A stretch of 64,000 bases of DNA from Sumerlaeia bacterium (lineage in GTDB: Bacteria; Sumerlaeota; Sumerlaeia; SLMS01; JAHLLQ01): NCBI GenBank assembly GCA_040219255.1, contig JAVJSW010000016.1:16072-80071 (forward strand), in the 5' to 3' direction. This document shows positions 9,879-19,457 of the stretch, piece by piece. The translations under genes and the position numbers were made by a program. Position 1 is the stretch's first letter, and each line of letters opens with the position of its first letter. The notes below the pieces were generated by a model. The model had not been told where the DNA came from, did not search any database, and was given only the letters and a program-made list of their open reading frames with translations.

Positions 9879-10783
9879 CGCACCCCCGCCAGCAAGTCCA
9901 GCAATTGCAGGATCTCATAGAAAATTGGCCCGAGCATCACGACAAACAGCGCGGGGAGGAAGCAGAGCACCAGCGGGAGCAGCCGCTTCACCGGCATGGC
10001 CATCGCCTGCTCGAGGGCGCGCTCGCGCCGTTCGCGGCGGAAATCCTCGGCCTGGCGCCGAAGCACCGGCGAGAGACTGGCTCCCGCCTGCTCGGCCTGC
10101 ACGACGGCCGAGACGAAGGTTGTGACCGCCGGGACGTCGATCCGGCGGGCCAGCCGGCGAAAGGCTGTAACACGGTCCTCGCCCGCTTGCAGGTCCCGCT
10201 GAAAGCCATGGAATTCCTGGCGCAAGGGCCCATCGCGCAAACCGTCCCGCACGACCCGGTCCACCGCCGCGTCGAAGGCCAGCCCGGCCTGGGTGAGCGC
10301 CGCCAACAGATCGAGGGCGAGCGGGAAATCCGCGGCGATGGCTTGCTGGCGCCGTTTGCGCCGGTCGCTCAGGACCATCCAGGGCAACGCCGCAACCATC
10401 CCCCCCAGCACCCAGGGCACCAGCCACGTCAGGGGAATCAACACGTCGCCGAATCCGGCGGGCAGATCGGCCAAGCCGAACCGAACCTTTCGCAGCAAGA
10501 GCGAGCCCTGGGAGACCCAAACGACAAGGCCGCCAGCGGCCAGCGCCGCCAATGCCACAAGGGCGAACGACCGGGCCGCGCCGGAGCGCCGGATGCCGGC
10601 GCTCTGCAGCGAATAATCGAGGAAGCGCTCCCAGACCGGGCGCTGCGTTTGCGGCGGGCCGGACGCGGATTCGCCGAGGCGCTGCCGGATTCGCCGCGCC
10701 AGCCACGCCTCGTGCCCCCACCACGCGGCCAAGGCCAACGCCGCCAACCACAACAAAGTCAGTGCCCAGGAAGTTGCGCTCAT
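9875..10783 (-). CDS. tadC: Tad inner-membrane platform protein TadC (T2SSF domain)
   Basis: FPLALDLLAALTQAGLAFDAA, QAEQAGASL…LR, PVKRLLPLVLCFLP. Confidence 0.85.
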   Translation of the reverse strand: MSATSWALTLLWLAALALAAWWGHEAWLARRIRQRLGESASGPPQTQRPVWERFLDYSLQSAGIRRSGAARSFALVALAALAAGGLVVWVSQGSLLLRKVRFGLADLPAGFGDVLIPLTWLVPWVLGGMVAALPWMVLSDRRKRRQQAIAADFPLALDLLAALTQAGLAFDAAVDRVVRDGLRDGPLRQEFHGFQRDLQAGEDRVTAFRRLARRIDVPAVTTFVSAVVQAEQAGASLSPVLRRQAEDFRRERRERALEQAMAMPVKRLLPLVLCFLPALFVVMLGPIFYEILQLLDLLAGVR

Positions 10784-10790
10784 CGCCGCC

Positions 10791-11675
10791 TCAGAACCTC
10801 GGGCGGCTCATGCGAGCCTGCCAGACGATGCCGATCGGTTGCAGCAGAAGCGCCCCCGCCAGGAGCCAGCGCCCTGTCTCCGTTGCCAGAAAGCTCTCCA
10901 TTCTCGCCGGGTCCTGGCGCCAGACGATCAGGAACAGCACGAAGGTCATGCCCACCAGCACCGCCGTGGAAACCTTCGCCTGAGCTCCCAGGGTCCGTGT
11001 CCGCCGCGCGATATCCATGCGGTCGTGGATCGTCCGCGCCACCGAGGCCAAGGTCGGCGCCAGACTGCCGCCAACGCTCGAATGCACCGCCAAAGTCGTG
11101 GCCGTCAGGCGGAAGCTTTCCATCGGCACGCGGTCCGCCATGGATTGATAGACGCGGGCGGGATCGTCGCCGAGGCGAATGCGGCGCAGCACGTCCTGCA
11201 GGTGAGCCCGGAAGGGCTGGCGGGCTTCGCGGGCGGCGGCTTCGAGGGCCTGCGTCACGCCCCCGCCCGCGTAGAGCGCGCCGATGGCGATGTCGAGGGC
11301 CTCGGCCAGTTGGGCCTCGATGGCGGCGCGCTGGCGATCCGCCCACCAGGCCTCCACCTGGCCCGTCAGGAGGCCCGCCAAGGCGGCGAGCGAGAACACG
11401 AAAACACCGCCCAGACCCGCTAGCCAGGCGCCGAGCGCCATGAGCGCCGCCGCCAGCCAAGGCACCCAGAGCCATCGCTTTGGAAAGGACTTGTGCAGCG
11501 TTGCGGGGGTACGCTCGGCGGCGGGCCGGGCGAGTCTGGCCGGCGTGGTTTTGCCTTCGACGCGCTCGCGCAGCGCCCGGCGCCGAGCCAGGTTCAACTG
11601 CATCGCGCGCATGGCTGCCCAGAGCGCGAAGGTCCCCGCGACCGCGAATGCGACCAACCACCCCGGCCCCATCAC
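10791..11675 (-). CDS. tadB: Tad inner-membrane platform protein TadB (T2SSF domain)
   Basis: QLAEALDIAIGALYAG, VGGSLAPTLASVARTIHDR, position after the ATPase. Confidence 0.85.
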   Translation of the reverse strand: MMGPGWLVAFAVAGTFALWAAMRAMQLNLARRRALRERVEGKTTPARLARPAAERTPATLHKSFPKRWLWVPWLAAALMALGAWLAGLGGVFVFSLAALAGLLTGQVEAWWADRQRAAIEAQLAEALDIAIGALYAGGGVTQALEAAAREARQPFRAHLQDVLRRIRLGDDPARVYQSMADRVPMESFRLTATTLAVHSSVGGSLAPTLASVARTIHDRMDIARRTRTLGAQAKVSTAVLVGMTFVLFLIVWRQDPARMESFLATETGRWLLAGALLLQPIGIVWQARMSRPRF

Positions 11676-13129
11676 GCGCCCCCGATGCGGCGCGAAGGGG
11701 CCGGCCCGCCGCCCTGGAACAACTTCGCCGTCAGCGGAATACCCCGCGCCTTGATTTCGCGCAGACAGCGCGGCACGACGCCTTGGGCCTGGAATTGGCC
11801 TTCCACGCGGCGCCCCGCCCGGCCAGAGCGCTCGAAACGGAAAATCTCCTGGATTTGGGGTGTTTCGCCCTCCAGGTCCAGCACCTCGGCGATGCTCTCG
11901 ACGCGCCGCACGCCATCCTCGTAGCGCCGCAAATGCACGATGATCTGGAGCGCGGAGACGATCTGCTCGCGAATGGCGCGGCTCGGCAAGTCCACGCCCG
12001 CCAGCAGCACCGCCGTCTCCACGCGAGACAAAGCATCGCGGGGGCTGTTGGCGTGGATGGTGGTCATGCTGCCGTCGTGGCCGGTGTTCATCGCTTGCAG
12101 CATGTCGAGCGCCTCGCCGCCGCGCACTTCGCCGATGATGATGCGGTCGGGGCGCATGCGCAGGCTGTTGATGACCAACTGGCGGGTGGTGATTTCGCCG
12201 CGGCCCTCCACGTTCGGCGGCCGTGTTTCCATGCGTACCACATGCTCTTGCTGGAGGGACAACTCCGCCGCGTCTTCGATGGTGACGATGCGTTCGTTGT
12301 TCGGGATCGATTCGGCCAGGGCGCTGAGAAACGTGGACTTGCCGGTACCGGTGCCACCGGCGATGAGGACGTTCCGCCGGGCCTTGACCGCCGCGTCCAG
12401 GAACAGTTCCATCCCCTCCGACATCATCCGGGCGTTCATGAGTTCGGCGCGGCGCAGGCGGCGGCCGAAACGCCGGATCGAGAGCGTGGGCCCGTCGATG
12501 CTGATGGGCGGAATGGTCGCGTTCAGGCGGCTGCCGTCGGGCAGGCGGGCGTCCACCATGGGGCTGGCTTCGTCGATGCGGCGGCCGACCTGGGCGACGA
12601 TGCGCTGGATGATGCGGAGCAGGTGGGCGTCGTTGCGGAATCGCAGGCGGGTTTTCTCCAGGCGTCCGAAGCGCTCGACAAAGACCGCGTCGGGGCCGTT
12701 GACCAGAATGTCGGTCACCGCCGGGTCCGCCATGAGTGGCGCCAGCGGCCCCGTGCCGAGCGCTTCCTGCAACAAATCGCGCGAGAGGCGGCGCCGTTCG
12801 TCCTCGTTCAACGCCAGGTCCGGCCGCGTCAGCGCCGCGTCGGTGAATTCCGTCACGGCCCGTGCCAGTTCGTCCTCGTCCGCCTCGGTCAGGCCTTTTT
12901 TCTCGATGTGATCAATCAGAAGGGTGTGCAGTTCGCCCCGGATCTGGTCGGAGTTGGTCGGGCGTGAGGGCCGGGGACTTCGGCTTTCGAAGGCGCCTGT
13001 CGCGGGGCGGCGCGCCGATGGGTCGGATGCGGGTGGTTCCGTCCCAGGCCGCGGGGAAGGGGAAGGGCCGCCGAGACGGGCCTTCGACAAGCGTTTTCGG
13101 ATTTCCGCGGAACGGTCGTCAGTGCTCAT
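11672..13129 (-). CDS. cpaF: Tad secretion ATPase TadA/CpaF
   Basis: PMVDARLPDGSRLNA, Walker A GGTGTGKST, TIEDAAEL, LRMRPDRIIIGEVRG, MNTGHDGSMTTIHAN. Confidence 0.95.
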   Translation of the reverse strand: MSTDDRSAEIRKRLSKARLGGPSPSPRPGTEPPASDPSARRPATGAFESRSPRPSRPTNSDQIRGELHTLLIDHIEKKGLTEADEDELARAVTEFTDAALTRPDLALNEDERRRLSRDLLQEALGTGPLAPLMADPAVTDILVNGPDAVFVERFGRLEKTRLRFRNDAHLLRIIQRIVAQVGRRIDEASPMVDARLPDGSRLNATIPPISIDGPTLSIRRFGRRLRRAELMNARMMSEGMELFLDAAVKARRNVLIAGGTGTGKSTFLSALAESIPNNERIVTIEDAAELSLQQEHVVRMETRPPNVEGRGEITTRQLVINSLRMRPDRIIIGEVRGGEALDMLQAMNTGHDGSMTTIHANSPRDALSRVETAVLLAGVDLPSRAIREQIVSALQIIVHLRRYEDGVRRVESIAEVLDLEGETPQIQEIFRFERSGRAGRRVEGQFQAQGVVPRCLREIKARGIPLTAKLFQGGGPAPSRRIGGA

Positions 13130-14298
13130 CGCGTCGCCTCCGCACCGCTCGCCGGGGATGTCTCCAGCGCCGCCATGTCGGCGGCCAGAGCTTCAACCGC
13201 CTTGCGGAATTTGGACCAGCGCCCCGCCTGCTCGATGGCGGGAACGCCGAGGTTCGCCGCTCGCAGCACTTGCTTATCGAACGGCAACACCGGGTCGAGA
13301 GCTTCGCCCAGTCGCGCCGCCAATTCCTCCGGCCTCAGAGCCCCTGAAAAGGCGTCGGCGCGATTGAGCACCACGCGCCTTTTGGACTTCGGAAACTGCA
13401 GGCCTTCCATCACACGAAGCAAATCCTCGGTCCCGCGAAGGGTTGGCACGGATGGCTCCATGACGATGTAAACGCGCGTCGCCAAATCCAGGATCGCCAG
13501 CGTCAAACGGTCCAGCATCGGATAGCAGTCAACCACCACCAGATCGTACGCGCGGCGGGCCGTGGTGAGGAGGCGGCTGAGCAGTTCCTCGTCGATCTCC
13601 GCGCCCTCGAGCGCCTGCCCGGGCGCCGCCAGGACGTGGAGGCCGCTCTTGTGCGGCGTCGCAAGTTCCCGCACCAGCGTGGGGTCAAGGCGCGAGCGTT
13701 CCGCGATGGCGTCGGCCAGGGTGGTTTTCGGCGCCAGGTCCAGAAGCGAACCGCAAACTCCGAGCTGGATCGACGCGTCCACCAGGAGCACCCGCCCGGG
13801 GCGGGTCTTCGCCAGATGAACCGACGTGTTCACCGCCAGAGTGGATTTCCCCACGCCGCCTTTGGTCGCGAAAAACGCCGCGATGGGTGCCGTTCGAGCC
13901 GGAACGGCCACCACCGACGACCGCGTGTCGCGGCCCGCCAGGACGTGGTCCAGGTCCTCGGATGCAATGGGACGCCGCAGCACATCCATGACGCCGCCGC
14001 GGAACGCGCGGACGATCATGGCGCTGGTGGCGGAATCCTGATCCTGGGGGCGGTAGAGGCCGACGATGGACGACGCGGGCGAGACGAGGGCCAATTCCTC
14101 GACGAAGTGCCGCAGCGCCCCATTTTCCAGCGGCAGCCCCACCAGTACCAGGTCGGGCTGGCGGCCGCGGGCGATTTCCGCCGCGTCGTGGAGCGATGGC
14201 GCCTCGAGAAAAGTCGCCCCGGCTCGCAGTGGCCCATCGAGCGCCGCCGTGATTTCGGCAATCAATTCATCATCGGGGGAAACGGCCAGGATTCGCAT
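13126..14298 (-). CDS. cpaE: CpaE/TadZ: receiver-like domain plus MinD-type ATPase
   Basis: KGGVGKST deviant Walker A, RVLLVDA, N-terminal receiver-like fold (QPDLVLVGLP). Confidence 0.85.
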   Translation of the reverse strand: MRILAVSPDDELIAEITAALDGPLRAGATFLEAPSLHDAAEIARGRQPDLVLVGLPLENGALRHFVEELALVSPASSIVGLYRPQDQDSATSAMIVRAFRGGVMDVLRRPIASEDLDHVLAGRDTRSSVVAVPARTAPIAAFFATKGGVGKSTLAVNTSVHLAKTRPGRVLLVDASIQLGVCGSLLDLAPKTTLADAIAERSRLDPTLVRELATPHKSGLHVLAAPGQALEGAEIDEELLSRLLTTARRAYDLVVVDCYPMLDRLTLAILDLATRVYIVMEPSVPTLRGTEDLLRVMEGLQFPKSKRRVVLNRADAFSGALRPEELAARLGEALDPVLPFDKQVLRAANLGVPAIEQAGRWSKFRKAVEALAADMAALETSPASGAEATR

Positions 14299-14300
14299 GG

Positions 14301-15365
14301 TCAGCGGCTCTCCGCCCGCACGAGCCCGGGGGCCAGCAGGCCGGTGCGGAGGGTGTCGAACTCGCGCAGGAAGAGACGCGCGCCGGGTTCGCTCAGTGGA
14401 GCCATCTCGCCCGTCAAGGCCACCGTGGCGTTTGCGGGGGCGCGTTGGCTCGCCAAGCGCGTCACGACGACGCGAGCGGGGAACTGATTCCCCAATCCGC
14501 CAACGCGACGGAATTGCACGCGGCCAAAGCCGACGGCGCGGCCGGTGGCCTCCGGTTCCCCGGGCAGCGCGGCGAAGATCACGGCGTAGCCCTCGCGCGG
14601 TGCGGCGGGCAGTTCGAACTCCGTCGGCAGCTGGGCCAGGAACGCCTCGCCGGCGCTGATCGCCCGGGGGACGAAGAGCCGCACGGAACCGGTTTCGGTG
14701 GCTTGAAACTCAGCTTCGGTGCCGGGGATCAAGCCCTCCCACGTCGCTCGGTCCATGGCGATGGGCGCGGCTCCCACGAGCCCAAGCTCGGGATATGCCC
14801 GCCCGACGGAAAGCGCGCGGTTCCAGCGTGCGATGGCCGTGGCCTGGACCCCGATACCGGTCTCGCGGGCTTCACGGGGACGGTTCACAGTCTGGCCGAA
14901 AACGAACGGTACGGCCTCGCGATTCGACGCCACGCCCGGCTGTTGCTCGCCACCGGTCGCCCGGATGCGGACGATGAAGGCGTCGGCGTTCGCGGCGCCG
15001 GGCTCGAAGTCCTCGCGCCGGCCATCCTCCCCCACCGCGTGCGATTCGCCGGGGAGATAGCGCCCCGCCACCAGATCACCGCGAGGGGCGTTTCCCGCGT
15101 TCAATTCCAAAGTCCACTCATCACCCGATTCCACGTCCCAGTCGGTGTCGAGGGCCAGCCCGGCGAATTGCCGCGCGGCCTCGCGGCCGTTGCGCAGGCC
15201 TTCCAGCGCCGCAGCGTCCGCGGCCCCCGCGATTCGCGCCCGTTGCCATCGCGCCAACCCCGAGTCCACAACCAGCGCCCCCATCGCCAGAATCACGAAC
15301 AGCGCGAGAACCAGCAGAACCAGAACGGCGCCTCTGCGTCGGTGGCGGAGCGAACCCTTGCCCAT
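14301..15365 (-). CDS. TadG-like pseudopilin
   Basis: RRRGAVLVLLVLAL…GALVVDSG…AADAAALEG. Confidence 0.75.
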   Translation of the reverse strand: MGKGSLRHRRRGAVLVLLVLALFVILAMGALVVDSGLARWQRARIAGAADAAALEGLRNGREAARQFAGLALDTDWDVESGDEWTLELNAGNAPRGDLVAGRYLPGESHAVGEDGRREDFEPGAANADAFIVRIRATGGEQQPGVASNREAVPFVFGQTVNRPREARETGIGVQATAIARWNRALSVGRAYPELGLVGAAPIAMDRATWEGLIPGTEAEFQATETGSVRLFVPRAISAGEAFLAQLPTEFELPAAPREGYAVIFAALPGEPEATGRAVGFGRVQFRRVGGLGNQFPARVVVTRLASQRAPANATVALTGEMAPLSEPGARLFLREFDTLRTGLLAPGLVRAESR

Positions 15366-16309
15366 CAGTTTCCACCCCTTGCGGGCGATTCGAGCCGGGT
15401 TTCGCCCTCGAACTTCGCGGTGCCTTCTTTTTCCCACTTCTCCTGATCCAGGAACCGGATCACCTCGCGCTGATTGCCGACGATGGATTCGACCAGGACC
15501 TGCGGCGGCGTCGGCGTGGGCTTGGGTTTGGGTTTCTCGGGAGCGGGCGGTTTGGGTGTCGGATACACGGCGCTGCTTTCCTCCGGTTGGCCCGACCGGG
15601 CGACGGCAAAGAGTTTCTCGCCGCGGGCGATGGCACCCATCACCGTTTCCACTTCCTGGGGCGTCACCGCCAGGGTCGCCTCCTCGACGATTTTTCCGCC
15701 GGAGCCAGCGATTTCCCGCGCCTCCACGGGCGCGACCACCCGCGCTTCCTCCGCCAGAACCTTCAACTTTCCGTCCTTGTCGGTCGTCAGCACGTCCAAT
15801 TGGTCATCGCGCCGGAGGCTGTGCAGCCCCGGCACTTCGGCGGCGTTCAGCACCAGTGCCCGGCGGTCCGACGGGACACCGGCAACGACGCCCTCGCGCG
15901 TGCCGAGGGGAAAGAAATCGGCTTCTGTGAAGGCCCGGTTGGGTTCCTTGTCGCGGCGCAGAACCCGCCCCACCACGGCGTCCAGGCCGACCAGCACGGG
16001 CGGTTCGCCCTCCTGGGGGGGGAAGTAGCTCGCCGGCAAGGTCCGAAATCGGAACGAGCCCGGCTCCATCAGCATTTCCGCCGTCACGCGGTCGTAGGCC
16101 TTCAACGGCTTCACGGTCAGAAAGACCTTTTCGCCTTCAGCTTTCTGGCCGGACGTTGTGGGCGCTTCGCCCTGCACCGCCACCACGCGCTTTCCGAGGC
16201 CCGGAAGCGCGATCCGGCCCGAGATCCAAAGCGTTCCCAGCACGGCGGCTATGAGTAGCAACCCCAGGCTTATCGGTGCGATCCAGCTCTTCATCGAAGC
16301 GTTGACCAT
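15365..16309 (-). CDS. cpaB: CpaB/RcpC-like protein (SAF domain)
   Basis: N-terminal TM; VGRVLRRD…GVVAGVPSDRRAL…DQLDVL…TLAVTPQE. Confidence 0.7.
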   Translation of the reverse strand: MVNASMKSWIAPISLGLLLIAAVLGTLWISGRIALPGLGKRVVAVQGEAPTTSGQKAEGEKVFLTVKPLKAYDRVTAEMLMEPGSFRFRTLPASYFPPQEGEPPVLVGLDAVVGRVLRRDKEPNRAFTEADFFPLGTREGVVAGVPSDRRALVLNAAEVPGLHSLRRDDQLDVLTTDKDGKLKVLAEEARVVAPVEAREIAGSGGKIVEEATLAVTPQEVETVMGAIARGEKLFAVARSGQPEESSAVYPTPKPPAPEKPKPKPTPTPPQVLVESIVGNQREVIRFLDQEKWEKEGTAKFEGETRLESPARGGN

Positions 16310-16310
16310 C

Positions 16311-17219
16311 CTATTCGTAAACCTCGCGGCGGGCGATGCTCTGCGCCGTCAGGACCCGGCGGAACGGGCGGACTTCCTCGCCAAAGGCCAATTGCCGCCC
16401 CAACCCGTAGGGACCGGCGTTCGTGCCAGCCTCCGCCTCATCGCCGACGGGCGTGCCGAGCTGAGGCGTGTTGATTTGCTGTACGGCGTCGTCGCGGGCG
16501 CGGAAACGATCCCCCGCCCGGCCCGTTTCGGAAGCCGACAGCAGCGCCGACTGAAACGGCAGCGCCAGCCGCAACGCCGCAACGCCACGCAGGTCGCTCT
16601 CGGCGGTTAACGCAAAGGGATCAGGGCGCGGACCGGTGTTGTCTTCTGGATCGTCTTCCGTATCGATTTCTTCCAGAACCCGCACCCAGGCAATCGTTTC
16701 GGTGCCGTCCTCCGCCCGTCCCACCACGAGGGGAACCTCCACCGTCAGGCCGCTGGGTGCGGTCTGGCTCGTCACCAAAGCGCCGGGATAGGCCAGCAGC
16801 GTGCGGCCTTCGCGCTCGCGCACGGTCATGACGGGCACCAGCAAGCGGTTCGCCGCCGGGATCGCGAGGTCCTCGTCGAGAAACCGCAGCAGCGACCGCC
16901 CATCGCGGCTTTGTACCCAGGGCGTGATGTCCAGCACGAGGTGGTCCTCGCTGAAGACCCTTTGGCGGAAGAGGCCTTCCGGGTCGTCGCGGACCTGCTC
17001 GAAGGTGGCTTCGGGAGGAAGAGGCGTGCGGGCCAATTCGCGGGTGGTGAAATCGACGGTTTGCTGGGCTACCTGGGCGCTGTGGAGCAGGCGGCCGAAG
17101 CTAACGATGGCGGCGAACAGCAGGTAGAGAACGGTCGAGACGATGGCGAATTCCACGAGCATCTGACCCCGCTGCGCGCGAGGTCCCCAAAACGCGCCGT
17201 GGCGGCGGTGGGTGCTCAT
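16311..17219 (-). CDS. TadE-like pseudopilin
   Basis: QRGQMLVEFAIV class III signal followed by a hydrophobic helix. Confidence 0.8.
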   Translation of the reverse strand: MSTHRRHGAFWGPRAQRGQMLVEFAIVSTVLYLLFAAIVSFGRLLHSAQVAQQTVDFTTRELARTPLPPEATFEQVRDDPEGLFRQRVFSEDHLVLDITPWVQSRDGRSLLRFLDEDLAIPAANRLLVPVMTVREREGRTLLAYPGALVTSQTAPSGLTVEVPLVVGRAEDGTETIAWVRVLEEIDTEDDPEDNTGPRPDPFALTAESDLRGVAALRLALPFQSALLSASETGRAGDRFRARDDAVQQINTPQLGTPVGDEAEAGTNAGPYGLGRQLAFGEEVRPFRRVLTAQSIARREVYE

Positions 17220-17229
17220 GGCGGCGATG

Positions 17230-17592
17230 CTACTTGGCCTCCGCCGGATCGACGACGAGGGCCCGCAGATCGTCTTCGTTCAGCCCCAGGTTCGTCGAGA
17301 GGCGCGAGGTGTTCGCGTTCGCGCCGCCGATGGCGTTCGCGTCGAGGACGAGGGCACCGTCCTCGTTGGTTGTCGTTTCGATCAGTTTGCCACTGACGAT
17401 GGGGGCGTTATCCGCGGGCGAGGCGCCCGGCAGCGTCGTCGCCACCGTGGAAACCATGTCGTTGGTCTTGCGGCCCAGAATGGCCACGGCGACCAGGCAG
17501 ACCAGGGCCACCCCCGAAAGGACAATCGCGTACTCCACAAGGCTCTGGCCGGAGCGGCGGCTGCGATCGAATGGCGTCAAAGTCCGGATCAT
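17230..17592 (-). CDS. flp: Flp-type major pilin with long C-terminal extension
   Basis: SGQSLVEYAIVLSGVALVCLVAVAILG Flp motif; GGAGA SD-like sequence before ATG 17592; first gene of the operon. Confidence 0.8.
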   Translation of the reverse strand: MIRTLTPFDRSRRSGQSLVEYAIVLSGVALVCLVAVAILGRKTNDMVSTVATTLPGASPADNAPIVSGKLIETTTNEDGALVLDANAIGGANANTSRLSTNLGLNEDDLRALVVDPAEAK

Positions 17593-17744
17593 GGGCGTAT
17601 TCTCCACGTGAAGGGGTCAAAAACAAAGGGGCGCAATAATCGTGCGACAGGAACGTGGCGGCTTGTGTTCCCGTCGGATCACCGCTTTTTTTCATGGATG
17701 GAGAGAACCATGGCAACTGGTTTCCTGCCCAAAGTTGCCAGAGC

Positions 17745-19316
17745 TTATTGCGGGATGCGGATCAGGAACGCCGTTCCTTCCCCCTTCGCGTCGATGAATT
17801 CGGCCCGCCCGCCGTGTTTTGCCGCCACCTCGCGCACGTTGGCCAGGCCGAGTCCGGTGCCCTTGTGGCCCTTGGTGGAAAAAAAAGCCTCGAAGACCCG
17901 GCGGCGATCCGGCCCGTTGATTCCGGGTCCGGTGTCGGAAACGGAGAGAACGAGTTCCGTGCCCTCCTGGCGTCCTGCCAGAGTCAGCACCCCTCCCGTC
18001 TCCATCGCCTCGACCGCGTTGATGGCCAGGTTGGCCAGCGCGTGGCCCACGGCGTTGCGATCCAGCACCCAGGTTTCGGGGCAATCCGCAAGTTCCACGA
18101 CGACCTCGATGTGGTTGCGTTCGGCCAAGGGTCCGATGTCCTCTGCCGCCTCGTTCAGGAGCCGATGGATCGAGGACACAGCCCGCAGCGCCGGCCGGTC
18201 TTTGCTGTAGTCGACCATTTCGAGCACCAGCAGGTTGAGCCGGCGCGCCGACCGGTCGATCAACCGGAAGGCGTGCCCGGCCGCGGCCCAGTCTCGATCC
18301 TGCTGGGCCTGCGCCAGAAGATGCGCCCCGCCGGAGAGCGAAGTCAGGATGTTGCGGATCGAATGAGCCGCCCCCGCCACGGCCTGGCCGATGGCGGCCA
18401 GGCGCTCCTGCTGACGGACTTGCTCGCGCAATTCCATGCGCTCGCGCTGATCGGCCCGCTCCTGCGTGATGTCCTTCTTCACCGCCACGAAGTGGGCCGT
18501 TCGGCCCGCGCCATCGCTGACCGAGGAAATCGTCGCCGATTCCCAGAAGAGGCGGCCGTCCTTGCGCCGATTGCAGAACTCGCCATGCCAATCCTTACCC
18601 GCCGTGATCGTTTGCCAAAGGGTCCGGTAGTACTCCGGCGGATGATGGCCGCTTTTCAGGAAACTGAGGCGCTTGCCCATCACCTCCTCTTCCGTCCAGC
18701 CCGTCAGGTCGTAGAAGAACGGATTGGCGTAGACCAGTTCGCCGCCGGCATTGGCGATCACAACGGACAGGGGCGCCTGCTCGACGGCCCGGGTCAGGAG
18801 CGAACTGTGTTCGCAGGCCGCCTGATGATACATTTTCTGGAGAGACAGGCGGTGATTCGCATCGGCCAGATCGCGTTGCTGGTAATAGACCCGCTGCTCC
18901 AGCAAGGATTGGACTTCGCGCAGATCGTGCTCCGCGCGGCATTGGTCAGTCACATCCACATGGGTTCCGAGAAGCAACCCCGGGCAGCCCTCCATCAGCC
19001 CGCCGCGCGACAGGACCCAGTGCCACTCACCATCCGCGCCCCTCATGCGGTAGCGCAGGGAATGGCGGGTCCGGCCGCCGGAGCGGTACTCACCCAGGAC
19101 GTTCTCGACAACCGCCAAGTCGTCCGCGTGGGCCAATTCGCGCCATGACTCGAAGGTCGCGGCGAAAGCCCCCGGTTCATAGCCCAGAAGACTGTAGTAC
19201 ATCTCGTCGAAGACGACCCGGTTGTTGAGCAGGTCGTACTGCCAGACCCCCACCTGGGCGCATCGAAGGGCCCACTTGAGATTGCCGCAATCGATCTCGG
19301 TGCTTTGCCTGTCCAT
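17745..19316 (-). CDS. Cytoplasmic PAS-PAS sensor histidine kinase
   Basis: Two PAS/PAC domains; H-box GAAHSIRNIL; N-box NLAINAVEAM; G-boxes DTGPGI, FFSTK, GTGLGL. Confidence 0.9.
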   Translation of the reverse strand: MDRQSTEIDCGNLKWALRCAQVGVWQYDLLNNRVVFDEMYYSLLGYEPGAFAATFESWRELAHADDLAVVENVLGEYRSGGRTRHSLRYRMRGADGEWHWVLSRGGLMEGCPGLLLGTHVDVTDQCRAEHDLREVQSLLEQRVYYQQRDLADANHRLSLQKMYHQAACEHSSLLTRAVEQAPLSVVIANAGGELVYANPFFYDLTGWTEEEVMGKRLSFLKSGHHPPEYYRTLWQTITAGKDWHGEFCNRRKDGRLFWESATISSVSDGAGRTAHFVAVKKDITQERADQRERMELREQVRQQERLAAIGQAVAGAAHSIRNILTSLSGGAHLLAQAQQDRDWAAAGHAFRLIDRSARRLNLLVLEMVDYSKDRPALRAVSSIHRLLNEAAEDIGPLAERNHIEVVVELADCPETWVLDRNAVGHALANLAINAVEAMETGGVLTLAGRQEGTELVLSVSDTGPGINGPDRRRVFEAFFSTKGHKGTGLGLANVREVAAKHGGRAEFIDAKGEGTAFLIRIPQ

Positions 19317-19457
19317 GTGCGCTCTCCTCGATGGGGTCTCGTGGTTCGGAGCGATGCAAGTTTAGTGTGGACGGGGACGGAGAAGCAAAATGACTTCCCA
19401 CTATGACACATAAATATAGTCAAGATGGATAGTATTTGTCTTGTTTTGCTATTGGCA

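Noticed and set aside
19400-19425. Second NrtR site upstream of the PAS kinase (TATGTGT half-site; TGAC-N11-GTCA)
   Set aside because: Only one half matches the pncB operator; more likely AT-rich promoter sequence
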